Source: Octopus sinensis
Taxonomy: Eukaryota
Assembly: GCF_006345805.1 (NCBI RefSeq)
Contig: NC_043004.1
Span: forward strand, 1,302,001-1,366,000
Length of the DNA: 64,000 bases
Reading direction: 5' to 3'
This document shows positions 52,180-64,000 of this stretch, one piece after another. The notes under the pieces are model-generated. The model was not told the origin of the DNA, did not search any database, and saw only the letters and a list, made by a program, of their open reading frames with translations. Numbering within the stretch: the first letter of the stretch is position 1; each line of letters starts with the position of its first letter. The position numbers and the translations under genes are program-made.

Positions 52180-52504
52180 AAAAACCTCAAGGGGTTGGAA
52201 GAAATCTGTGAAGCAGATATATGGTTAGTGGTATTCCAGCTTTGAACATTTCACCTTTTTGGGGGATGTGTACGTTAAGATTTAATCGCCTTTTCTTTAT
52301 TTATGAAGATTTTTGCTGCTATTTCTGTTCGGTCGAGCGACCTCATAGAAGCTCCTAGTTGACTTGTATTGTTCAGCGATTGTTGTTGATGATGATAATG
52401 ATGCAGATCGCAATAATAGGTGCTATGCTGCTGCTGCTGCTGTTGTTGTTGTTGCTGTTGTTGTTGTTGCTGTTGTTGCTATTAGCAGTGATGATGATAA
52501 TAAT

Positions 52505-52716
52505 CCTTTCTACTGGAGGCACAAGGCCACATTTTCATGGGGAGGGGACTAGTCGATTACGTCGACCCCAGTGTTTCACTGCTACTTAATTTATCGACCC
52601 CGAAAGGACGAAAGGTAAAGTCGACCTCGGCGGAATTTGAACTCAGAACGTAGCAGCAAACGAAATACCGCCAAGTATTTCGTCCAGTGCGCTAACGATT
52701 CTGCCAGTTCGCCACC

Positions 52717-52718
<2 letters not shown>
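52505..52718 (-). mobile_element. tRNA-SINE (family of 30964, alternative tail) between GAT/AAT repeats
   Basis: cgaccccgaaagga..gtcgacctcggcggaatttgaactcagaacgtag. Confidence 0.8.
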
Positions 52719-52777
<59 letters not shown>

Positions 52778-52794
52778 TGATGATGATGATGATG

Positions 52795-52852
<58 letters not shown>

Positions 52853-53449
52853 TAATAATAATGATGATGATAATGATAGGGAGTCTTCCCGCTTTTTTCC
52901 TGGAGTATTTGAGAGGTAGATATAATGAAATGTCTATAACCGACTCTCGAGACTCTGTCGCTAATTCTCCTTGCCAGAATGTTTTGCTATAAATTTAAGG
53001 CTTTCTTTCAACGTTGTCAATTAAACCAATCAGCTTTCAATTAGGTACAAAGCCCTATTTTCTAAGAGAAAATGACGTTTGCCAGCCGAAAGATGCGGGG
53101 ATCGTATTCTCTTACTTGTGTTACCAGCACTGGATTAACCATTAAGTAAAATAAGAACGTGATTAGGGCATCAAGTGAAAAGGGACACCACACCACACCA
53201 CACCACACCACAGAAAAGGTAAATAGTTTACAACACAAAAGAAATCACTTTTATTTTTCACACACCCACATCACCCACCAAAAAAATTGAATTGGTTTAT
53301 ATGATCGGAAATAAAATTTGGAAGAAGTGTTCATGGTGTCATAGTGAGGATCTGATCAAAGACTTTGGAATTATTATAACATATCAACATCTTTTGTCAA
53401 GCGATGGTGAGAACAATCACAGGTACACAAACATATATAAAACACACAG

Positions 53450-53632
53450 ACACACATACATATATATACATATATACGACGGGCTTCTTTCAGTTTCCGT
53501 CTACCAAATCCACTCAGAAGGCTTTGGCCAGCCCGCGGCTATAGTAGAAGACAGATGTCCAAGGTGCCACGCAGTGGGACTGAACCCGGTACCATGTGGT
53601 TGGTAAGCAAGCTACTTACCACAAAGCCACTT
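53450..53632 (-). mobile_element. CORE-like SINE 5' half
   Basis: Family of 18245. Confidence 0.8.
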
Positions 53633-53679
53633 CTGTTCACTCTTGTCAAAGGAAGAAGGCAGGTTACTCTTCCAAAACA

Positions 53680-54420
53680 AAAAGATAACAAAAACAACAA
53701 ATAAAACAAACAAACAAAAGCTAAAACTGTATTACACGTGACGGCAACTGTTCGATACTGTCCCATAAATCCCTCACCAACGAACACTGAACAAGTGCAT
53801 GCAAGATGGTTTCATCGCCATGTGCACATCTCGCACAGTTTCGGCTAATTGCGTTTCTGTGCCGGTAGAGCTTAACGTATAATGCTTCCCTCGTTGCACT
53901 GTTAAACTTTGAAGTCCATAATCCCGGATATGAAACTCCTCCAGAAATGAGAACAGTCACCATCGATGTCCAAAACTGCTTCCTGCCCATCTTCGTTCAT
54001 TTTCTCCACTGTAGCTCAACAGAACAAGAGTGTCGACTTTTCATCGACTGCAGTGTCAAGCTCTGTGAAAACAAACAGATGTCTCTTTAATTTCTCTTCG
54101 GCTGAAGGAGGAGATATGGACCTCCAGATCAACAAGAACAGCTTCTAGATGTGTTTCCAGAGCATACAGATGTCTTCTATGTTTAAGGCAAGACAAGAAT
54201 ATAATTTCCATTCTTCCTACTTCTCTAATATATTCCAAAGGCAACGAATCTTTGTAACGCAGTCTTCATTACCATTTTCTTTTCTTATGAATCGCTCCCA
54301 TTCAAAGGATTTCTCTGAACTAGTAATGCTGACAAAAACTACTGCTGTTATTATTATTAAAATAATAAACACTATTGATTTTGTTTTCGTTTTGTTGAAG
54401 TTTGTTGCAACTGTTTGATG
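53680..54420 (-). mobile_element. L1/Tx1-like LINE relic with large internal deletion
   Basis: CARC..GDETILHALVQC zinc-finger of ORF2 C-terminus (53721-53900) joined to a probable ORF1 N-terminal remnant. Confidence 0.55.
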
Positions 54421-55856
54421 AATGTTTTCTCTTTATTTTGTGTTGACATTTTTGTTGTTGTTCTTCTTGATCGAATAGCTGTCTTAGCGACGAACAATCC
54501 GTTTTTCGAGGATTATCTAGCTCTACGTTATCTAGTATATGTCCCTTTTGTAATTAAAGACGGTATGTTATTTGAGGAAGAATTATATACTATGTTTAGC
54601 AAGTCGAACGAACATTAAAAAACTCTGGAGTGATAAATCCGATACAGCCTTGAGCAAAGCGACTTGCTCAAGTTATATGGCGTTAAGACGAAATGGTCAG
54701 CGGTGTTACAATAACCCGGTGGTTTAAGTGACATATTATTATCACCAATACGATCATATGTTAAGATCCGAACTGTTGACCTTTCGGTAGCCTATAGATT
54801 CAACTATCTACGACTCTCTGAAGGTCAACGAAGTTGATACACATAACTATAACTGCTTTGGTTTGTTGGAGGATTGCCGTGTAAGCGAGTTCTTTCGATT
54901 AATCTTTTAGTAATCTGTTCCCAAGCATGTTTCCACATCAGCAGATATTTCATCCTCATCGGAAAGATTCCTTTGACAAGATCATCAAAATTCCAAATGG
55001 AATCTTTCCCCTTCGATTCAAACGTTAGCCAGAGATATATTTTTGAAACTCATACAAACATACACTCACGCACACAGATGTGCCCACACACACAGGCATG
55101 CACTTGTACACGCTCACGCACGCGCACAGATACGTGCACACGCGTAGATACATGCATACGAACACATACGAAGCGCCTGTGCACAGAGACACATGCACTC
55201 GCACAATGGCAGACTGAAAAGGCCTTCAGACTCGTGGGAAGAAGAAAAAGTGAAAACTTCAAAAATATGTATAAGCACATTGTCAACACACATCCACATA
55301 CATATATGCACATATACTTGCACACACATACACATACACACGTATAAATCATATTAAAGTTTAGATTAATTTTATAGGAGAAAAGCTATAATCGATTGAT
55401 TCAACGCAAGTCCATACATATATACACACATCTATATAATAGATATATCAGTATATATCTGTGTGTATATGTGCGTGTGTATGTGTGTGTGTGTGTTTGT
55501 TTGTGTGTGTGGCCGTTACATATATTACATTGGAACTAGGTCTTAGAATTTTAGGGTTGCGGGAGGAATAATTGAATCAACCAGTAATTAATTTATCGAC
55601 CAACAGAGGAATGAAAAGCTAAATTGACTCCGGTGTGATTTGAAATTGGAATTCAGCGATTCGTTTTTTTGTTTCTTTTCTTCCAGAGCCTCTTCGATCT
55701 TACAGTATTCCCAGAGTGGCCGCACAAGGAGAAACATGAGCATAGAAGCAACAGGATTGAGTCGAAATACTTTAGAGCATTTCATACAATGTTCTATTGT
55801 CAAAGCGATAATAATAATAAAAAAAAAAAAGAAAAAGAAATAATAATAATAATAAA

Positions 55857-56411
55857 TGCCCTGATGCAGTACCAGGCAGTGGCTCTCATGGCTTCTGATC
55901 TTAACTGATTGGAAGTGTTATCATGTACATTGTTTTGTCTTGGCATAAAAGATGGGCTACAGCAAATATTCTGCTTAATACCACAAATTTGCTTGTCAGT
56001 TGTTTGACTTTAACCTGTTGACCATGTCCCTTAGTGGCTGACGATATGAGCATCTCTGATCACAAGCAGAAGTAGTGGGGGAGCATCATAGCCGTGTGTT
56101 GAGAGGGATTCTTAGAGGTTTGGATAATTCACCTTTAGAAGCATGGGTGTTTTGTTCAACATCCTTAAACAGCCCTTATTCAGGGACCATTTGAGCGGGA
56201 TGGGCTATTTAACCTGCAAAAAACTCTAACTGGGCCCCACCTGCAAGATTATGCGCTGTTTATTTTGATATGAGATCACTATGTTGCGCACATATGGTTG
56301 GGATGTATGTGCCTGATGTACCCTTATCAGACATATAGTCATAATGGGTATACTCGATTGCGTATATTTTACCCCAGTGTCACTTTAATGGTATGTACTG
56401 CTCTCTCATTC
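55857..56411 (+). mobile_element. 555-bp non-coding element flanked by (AAT)n
   Basis: Its 3' ~105 bp recur inverted at 46591-46694; no ORF or tRNA head seen. Confidence 0.6.
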
Positions 56412-57331
56412 AATAATGATAATCCTTTCTCCTAAAGGTACAAGGCCTCAAATTTGTGGGAAATGCTTGCAAAAGATTGTTTTAATTGGTACATCACACG
56501 TACTGAGAAGCGATTACCACGTATGTAATTTTTTAACATAGCTGTATTTTGTGAATGAACACTCTGGTGTTTTTAATTTAATGGTTTATCAATCTGTATA
56601 GTGAATTTCTTTGCCCTAGGTGTCAGGAGGCCATTTGGCAAGAAATGGAAACCAAATTGAATGAAGAGAAACTAGCAACAACAATAATGGTTTCAAATTT
56701 CGGCCCAAGGCTAGCAATTAAGGAGAAGGTCGAGTCGATTACATCGGCCCAGTATTTGATTAATGCTTATTTTATTGTTTTATTAATATCGAAAGGATGA
56801 CTGATGGAGTTGACTGCGGAGTTTGAACTCAGGAAGTCGACAACAGGAAGAAATACTTTTAAGTATTTTGTCCAATACACAAACGTGCTTACGAACTCAC
56901 CGACAATGGGAGTGTTATTTTAGACACACAATTCAGCAGAATTTCATCTTTATAAGGGAAAATGATGTTAGGGGTTTAGATTAATTTCGAAATTTTTGTG
57001 ACGCGTTCAATGTAGTAATATCTTCAAAATATACATAAATAATACACATATATACATGTATAGTAACTTCCCTACATGGAAGTAATATAGGTAAAAACAA
57101 AATTGCATACGAAGATGCTTGCTTTGATATCTGAAAGTTTATGCCAAAAATGTGCATCAGAGTAAAACAAAGCCTTGGTCAATTAACAATATTTTCAAAG
57201 GATATAAAGATGAAATTTAGTCAGGATTTATTTACATTATTTACATTTGACGGATATTTGTTCTCATCTTGTTTGTTTTTAACACTATGTTTTCGAACCT
57301 GGGTTCTCATTCCTAAGGTATTTTTCGATGA

Positions 57332-57374
<43 letters not shown>

Positions 57375-57377
<3 letters not shown>

Positions 57378-57666
57378 TAGTTTTATTTTTATAGCATGCT
57401 TTCACTTCACTACCGAGCGCAGCTCTGTGTGCCTTGGGTATGTGTTGCGATTTGTTGTGATGCTCTGATGGTTATTGTATGGAAAGTGTTCTGCGTAGGA
57501 TGTGTGCAGTGCCTAGTAGTGCAATTTTCTGTATGTTATATGTGTTTGTAAGTCCTGGTGTTTTTGTTATGTATTTGTCTGAATATTTTTTTATCATGCC
57601 TAATGCACCTATTATGATAGGAATTGTTTCTGTTTTCAGATTCCACATTCTAGTTACCTCTATTTC

Positions 57667-57667
<1 letters not shown>
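57375..57667 (-). mobile_element. R4/Dong-like family 1 3' end, copy A
   Basis: Near-identical to 47185-47477. Confidence 0.9.
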
Positions 57668-57738
<71 letters not shown>

Positions 57739-57741
<3 letters not shown>

Positions 57742-58072
57742 TAGTTTTATTTTTATAGCGTGCTTTCACTTCACTACCGAGCGCAGCTCTGTGTGCCTTG
57801 GGTATGTGTTGTGATTTGTTGTGATGCTCTGATGGTTATTGTATGGAAAGTGTTCTGCGTAGGATGTGTGCAGTGCCTAGTAGTGCAATTTTCTGTATGT
57901 TATATGTGTTTGTAAGTCCTGGAGTTTTTGTTATGTATTTGTCTGAATATTTTTTTATCATGCCTAATGCACCTACTATGATAGGAATTGTTTCTGTTTT
58001 CAGATTCCACATTCTAGTTACCTCTATTTCCAGGTCTTTGTATTTTGAGAGTTTCTCCATTTCTTTTAGAGA
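57739..58072 (-). mobile_element. R4/Dong-like family 1 3' end, copy B
   Basis: Encodes MEKLSKYKDLEIE...ILRRTLSIQ*. Confidence 0.9.
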
Positions 58073-58096
58073 AATAATAATATGTTATTATTATTA

Positions 58097-58139
<43 letters not shown>

Positions 58140-58155
58140 TATTATTATTATTATT

Positions 58156-58489
58156 CAGTAGTTTTATTTTTATAGCGTGCTTTCACTTCACTACCGAGCG
58201 CAGCTCTGTGTGCCTTGGGTATGTGTTGTGATTTGTTGTGATGCTCTGATGGTTATTGTATGGAAAGTGTTCTGCGTAGGATGTGTGCAGTGCCTAGTAG
58301 TGCAATTTTCTGTATGTTATATGTGTTTGTAAGTCCTGGAGTTTTTGTTATGTATTTGTCTGAATATTTTTTTATCATGCCTAATGCACCTACTATGATA
58401 GGAATTGTTTCTGTTTTCAGATTCCACATTCTAGTTACCTCTATTTCCAGGTCTTTGTATTTTGAGAGTTTCTCCATTTCTTTTAGAGA
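58156..58489 (-). mobile_element. R4/Dong-like family 1 3' end, copy C
   Basis: Same sequence, truncation point and junction as copy B (417-bp period). Confidence 0.9.
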
Positions 58490-58499
58490 AATAATAATA

Positions 58500-58565
<66 letters not shown>

Positions 58566-59074
58566 CATCATCATTATTCAGGTCACTGCCTGGAATTGAA
58601 CGCGAAATAAAATAATGTAAATAATGTACATAATTCTTCATCCCTTAGATATAGAAATGGTCAGGATTGTAAAAAAAAAGAGATAACCTACAAACCAGGC
58701 AAGCAAAATCTCTATCAATGACTGCATGATTCTCTGATAACTGACGAGGAATGCTGTAAGTACCAAGGGAAGAGTGAAAATATATTCTATGATAGAATTT
58801 GTTACACGGAGCGCCTAACCAGAGAATATAACATACGGACGAGAAGAATATGTCACAGCGTTGCCTACCAACATTAAACCAGTTGTGGCTCAGTCTAAAT
58901 TTATTGTCCTCGTACCAACATCGAGACAACTCGGTTTGAGGTTAAACTAAGTGTTCAGTGACTTTCAAATCCCAAACCAATAAACCACCATCAAATTTCT
59001 TCTAATCAATAGTGATAGAGATTACCTCTACTTAAAAAAAGGAAACCAAAGAGGTAAAGATGTAATTTTGATTT

Positions 59075-59370
59075 GAGCATACTCAAAATGTGAGTTATAC
59101 TTTCGTCTCCTTTCCTGCATATTTTGCGTTTGCTGTCTGACTGTCTTTGCCTTTATCAGATTTGTTCTAAGGGTTTGTTCCTGAGCAGCTGTAATTAGCG
59201 TTTCAGTCTCTCGTTTAAAAGTTATATTCTTTCAACTAGCGCCACCGATCTTTACTTCCAACATTCTCGGTTTGTTGCATGAGTTGGCCATGCCTTTCCA
59301 TTTGTTTATTCTGTTGTTCTTCATTTTCCCTTAGAATATCCTAACTCAGAACATAAAGTCGGAAGAAATG
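59075..59370 (-). mobile_element. Older R4-like LINE relic
   Basis: HGQL, KRETETLITAAQEQTLRTN.IKAK, DESITHILS motifs. Confidence 0.6.
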
Positions 59371-59559
59371 CCACTATACACTTTTTCGGGCTTGTTAAAG
59401 ATTCTTTGCGCGCGCGCCTGTGTACGTGCGTACCGTTGTGCTGTGTACAGTTGTATGTGAAACAGTGAGATACGTGCTGTTCACAGTATTCTATAACAAC
59501 AAGCAAATGGAAGGAGAGATAAAGCAGCAACGCTTCCCACTTGAATATGTGCACTAATA

Positions 59560-60248
59560 TTGATTTCAAATTTTGATACAAGACCAGCAATGTCAGGGGA
59601 GGAGAGTAAGCCGATTACATCGACCCCAGCATTCGACTGGTATTTATCTCATCGTTCCAGAAAGGAATGAAAAACAAAGTGGGCTTCGGCGGAATTTGAA
59701 CTCAGAATGTAAAGACGGACGAGATACCTATTTCTATTTCTTTACTGTCCACAAGGGGCTAAACACAGAGGGGACAAACAAGGACAGACAAACGGATTAA
59801 GTCGATTACATCGACCCCAGTGCGTAACTGTTACTTAATTTATCGACCCCGAAAGGATGAAAGGCAAAGTCGACCTCGGCGGAATTTGAACTCAGAACGT
59901 AGCGGCAGACGAAATACCTATTTCTTTACTACCCACAAGGGGCTAAACACAGAGGAGACAAACAAGGACAGACCAACGGATTAAGTCGATTATATCGACC
60001 CCTGTGCGTAACTGGTACTTAATTTATTGACCCCTGTGCGTAACTGGTACTTAATTTATTGACCCCTGTGCGTAACTGGTACTTAATTTATTGACCCCTG
60101 TGCGTAACTGGTACTTAATTTATTGACCCCTGTGCGTAACTGGTACTTAATTTATTGAATGGATGAAAGGCAAAGTCGACCTCGGCGGAATTTGAACTCA
60201 GAACGTAGCGGCAGACAAAATACCGCTAGGCATTTTTACCCGGCGTAT
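59560..60248 (-). mobile_element. tRNA-SINE trimer with internal 32-bp tandem array
   Basis: Junctions gaaatacctatttc near 59911 and 59721; same family as 30964. Confidence 0.85.
59997..60156. repeat. 5 x 32-bp perfect tandem repeat
   Basis: gacccctgtgcgtaactggtacttaatttatt at 59997, 60029, 60061, 60093, 60125. Confidence 0.95.
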
Positions 60249-61812
60249 TAATACAGACATCACACAGAACATTAACCGACATTGTGTGCATGTGGAGGAA
60301 TGGGTTGGGTGAAAAATTAAGTCGTCATTAAATCCAGATAAAATGAAACTAAGTGATTAACGAATGCAATGAATGTAAAGACTTGTGGACCAGATTTTAA
60401 ACACAAAAACACGCGTACAGAGTTGTTTTAAATGTAGCCTTCTCCAAATCCTTGTTTTCCCAAACAATCATTTCCCCCTTCGTCCCGCTATTTCTCAGAA
60501 TAATTAACTTGTCCAATAAAGAAGCGCTGGCGACGTGGACACGTTGGTTACTATTTACATACTTGTACTGACTACAGGCTGCGATAAATACCCTGTTCAA
60601 TCCCTTAACTACTAGTTAGACAAACTTCACTCCCGCAATAGTAACACACAACTTCTTTTCTTTGACAACGTCTTAAACTATGCCATCAATAAGGCAAGCA
60701 AAGCTAGCGATACATTTGTCGCCGCAACGTCGGCTTCTGGCTGTATTGAAGAAACTAAAAGAAACACGAAGACAGAAAGAAAGACTTAAATGAATAAAGA
60801 TATAAATAAAGAAAAGATATAAAGGAAGAAAAGAAAGAAAGAAAGAAAGGAAAAGATATAAAGGAAGAAAAGAAAGACAGAAAGTAAGAAAAATATAAAA
60901 CAAGAAATGAACGCACACACATATATACATATGCGCACATATACGTGCACACGCAAGCACACGTACGCACTCACATCACACAAACTCTCTCTTTCACACA
61001 CACACACAACATACGTATACACACGTATACACACGTACACATACACAATCACTGGTGTAAGTTCATGCGATCGTATTGCAGTTTGCGGTGGTTCCCCAGC
61101 CTTGGACTGATTGATTAGTTTCGCGGGCACCCGGCGCACCTTTCGCCGACATGAAACACAGCAAAGTTACTGCCTCTTGTCAAATCAGGATGGGTGGGGT
61201 GGTGGTGGCGGGGGGAAGCAGCCGGATGGTGGTGGTGGTGGTGGAGGAGGAAAGAAGAAAAGAAGGAAGGAAAGAAAGAAATCAAACAAATATCTATGTA
61301 ACAAGACAGTCTCTTACGTTCAGTCTCACTCATCAAACATCCATATTGTTGTTATACGATAGTGTTGATATGTCAAACGATTCTGATAACACGGTCGCCG
61401 GGCCATGTACTGATTCCAGCGATGTTTGTCTTATTGTCTCCCTTCCTTTCGTACTCTTTTTTCCCTCGAGTCACATCCATTTACTGAATACTTTCTTCTT
61501 TACTATTAAAACTTAATCTGAAGATAAACGGTGGACGTGTCCTTGTGTGTGTGTGTGAGTGCGTCTGCCTCCTCAGTCCTTGCATGTGTGTGTGTGTAAA
61601 CATGAGGTTGGATGCATGTGTGTATATATAGGTATGTATAAGTCTGTGTACGTGTATGTGTGTGCCTGAGTATGTTTGTATGACTGCATCATACAGACTC
61701 TTTGTGTGTGTTTGTGAGTTCGTTCATTCGCGGATGTGTATGGCCATGCTTTCTACTTGTGTACATGCATGTAAGAGTATGCATGTTTGAATGTGAGCGT
61801 GTTTGTGTATGT

Positions 61813-61851
<39 letters not shown>

Positions 61852-61858
61852 CACATCG

Positions 61859-62195
61859 TGGTACTCCGTCGGTTACGACGACGTGGATTCCAGTTGATCC
61901 GATTAACGGAACAGCCTGCTCATGAAATTAACGTGCAAGTGGCTGAGCACCCCACAGACACGTGTACCCTTAACGTAGTTCTCGGTGAGATTCAACGTGA
62001 CACAGAGAGTGATAAGGGTCACCTTTTGAAATAAAGGTACAACAAGAACAGGAAGAAAGAGTGAGAGAAAGTTATGGTGAAAGTGTACAGCAGGGTTCGC
62101 CACCACCACCCTGCCGGAGCCTCGTGGGGCTTTAGATGTTTTCGTTCAATAAACACTCACAACGCCCGGTCTGGGAATCGAAACCGTGATCCTAC
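61859..62195 (-). mobile_element. tRNA SINE sharing the 5' body of the 21081 family but with a different tail
   Basis: 62050-62195 aligns with ~21205-21345; 61859-62035 is unrelated to the V-like tail. Confidence 0.7.
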
Positions 62196-62206
62196 GAACG
62201 GGTATA

Positions 62207-62292
<86 letters not shown>

Positions 62293-62295
62293 CAT

Positions 62296-62332
<37 letters not shown>

Positions 62333-63053
62333 CGTACAGCCAGTATGTGAGATGCTCAATATAGAAAACACGTAATAGTGCTCAAATGAAGTTTTTATCG
62401 AGGACTAGGTCCACGGCTTCTTTCTCCCCCCTCTCTCTCTCTTTCTTCTATATATATATATATATATATATACGTGTGTGTGTGTGTGTGTGTGTGTGAG
62501 TTTGAATATATTTGTATATGAATATTTGTGAATATATTTCTGTATGAATGTATATGTGTCTGTGATTTGATTCTATGGCCCCTTTTCTTCTTATTGTTAG
62601 AATTCTTCCTAGAACGGTGCTCATTTCTAACAAAGAAACACAACTCCCTCGTTGGAAATTTTTATAACAAAAACAAAGCAATTGTTACATGCTGGACTTT
62701 TGGCAATTCTTGCATATCTTTTATTGTTCTATTTGCGCAGTGTATTTATAAATTGTGTAGTGGCTAGTGTCTTTCCAGATAGACTGTGAGTGACATTGTT
62801 TCAGTAGATGTTTGCAGTTGATGTCAGGATCTTGTGAGTTTTAATGTCAATGGATAGGATTTCCGATATAAATCAAGTATCCGCAAAATTGGTACTGTAT
62901 TAGGACTGAAAATGCATTTTGGTATGTTGTCTTGTTGCAAGAAGAACGCTCCGACTGCCATATTTTTTAGAATTTGGCATAAGATCTGGAATATCTGGTA
63001 TACTATTCTTTGGCTAATCTATTTTTGTTCATAGCACCTTTTTGTTCATAGCA

Positions 63054-63106
63054 CATGTAAGAGTATGCATGTTTGAATGTGAGCGTGTTTGTGTATATGT
63101 GTGTTC

Positions 63107-63139
<33 letters not shown>

Positions 63140-63304
63140 CATATCGTGGTACTCCGTCGGTTACGACGACGTGGATTCCAGTTGATCCGATTAACGGAAC
63201 AGCCTGCTCTTGAAATTAGCGTGCAAGTGGCTGAGCACCCCACAGACACGTGTACCCTTAACGTAGTTCTCGGTGAGATTCAACGTGACACAGAGAGTGA
63301 TAAG
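63054..63304. repeat. Local duplicate of 61769-62035
   Basis: Includes both the SINE tail and its non-SINE flank catgtaagagtatgcatgtttgaatgtgagcg. Confidence 0.85.
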
Positions 63305-64000
63305 ATGTATTTTATTCATTACTTAGGTATTTTAAGCGTGGAGTAGAAAAGGTAGAGTGGTCAACGATGGAAAGGTCCCGGGTTTGGGGAAACTTTCCCA
63401 TCATCCATTTGTTAACCATGAACATTTTTGTTGACCAAATGCCGTCTTTAAGTCAGCAGAAAATGTCGTGACTAAATCCAGCTGTTTCTCAGCACTGTGA
63501 ATATTTCGAATATAGATTTTTATGTCATTCTCAAAGAAGTTATGGGTTACATTAGCATTTCAATGGCAGCAGGTACTTTTGCCAATTGTAGTGACCTCAG
63601 AAACCAGGAATGGGGAATGGAATCGAAAACCTTTCTGCAATTAAGCCTTGCTGTTACAAGGTTTCTGCGGTGTTTTCTCACTTCGGACAATACAGCTAGC
63701 TATATTTATTAAGTTGTTTGGTGCAACCCCAGACCTCTTTTTTTCCTATCTGACTGTCACCAGTGGCCGTTGGAACAGTAAATTCACAATTATCTTGAAA
63801 CAATTGGTTATGTACAGTTCGTACATAAAGTTAAGGCAGACCAGAAGGCCTATAAGTTATTTGCAAAGACAATGCTTTCGTTCTTGGCTACAAGATTTGT
63901 TCGTGTGATGGCAGGCCAGTTTGGTATGTTAACTTGGTTTTTGCAAGTTCTATGAATATATATTATGATTGCATTTCTCTAAAAAAAAAAGACAACAGTT

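Larger units (their letters stand above)
57228..58655 (-). mobile_element. tRNA-headed hammerhead element, copy 3, split by Dong-like LINE ends in its (AAT)n spacer
   Basis: Tail at 57228-57330 (ribozyme core deleted between two CGAAA), head remnant at 58578-58591 region (ggtcactgcctggaattgaac), inverted tail piece at ~58600-58655. Confidence 0.72.

Noticed and set aside
59997-60156. 32-bp repeats as a CRISPR array
   Set aside because: No spacers; units are contiguous and derive from a SINE in eukaryotic DNA.

Overview
AT-rich, microsatellite- and transposon-dense eukaryotic DNA; the repeat families look like octopus/coleoid cephalopod (inference). The only host gene I can support is the 5' half of UTP11 on the minus strand (three coding exons at 17599-17658, 13053-13114, 4167-4269; the rest lies left of the window). 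The remainder is a mosaic of RTE, R4/Dong-like, HERO-like, CR1, L1/Tx1 and Penelope retroelement relics, tRNA-derived SINEs, Tc1, Chapaev3-like and hAT-like DNA transposons, and MITEs. Nearly all ORFs in the supplied track are repeat artefacts. Most interesting: (1) a tRNA-headed SINE-like element carrying a Penelope-type minimal hammerhead ribozyme, with Penelope-style inverted 5' ends (3 copies); (2) (AAT)n tracts acting as landing pads for several co-oriented elements, including one nest inside the ribozyme-SINE; (3) head-to-tail SINE multimers sharing one junction at three loci; (4) fold-back hairpins at LINE 5' truncations; (5) a sharp gene-body versus upstream split in repeat content and CpG decay. 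Family assignments come from remembered motifs, not database searches.
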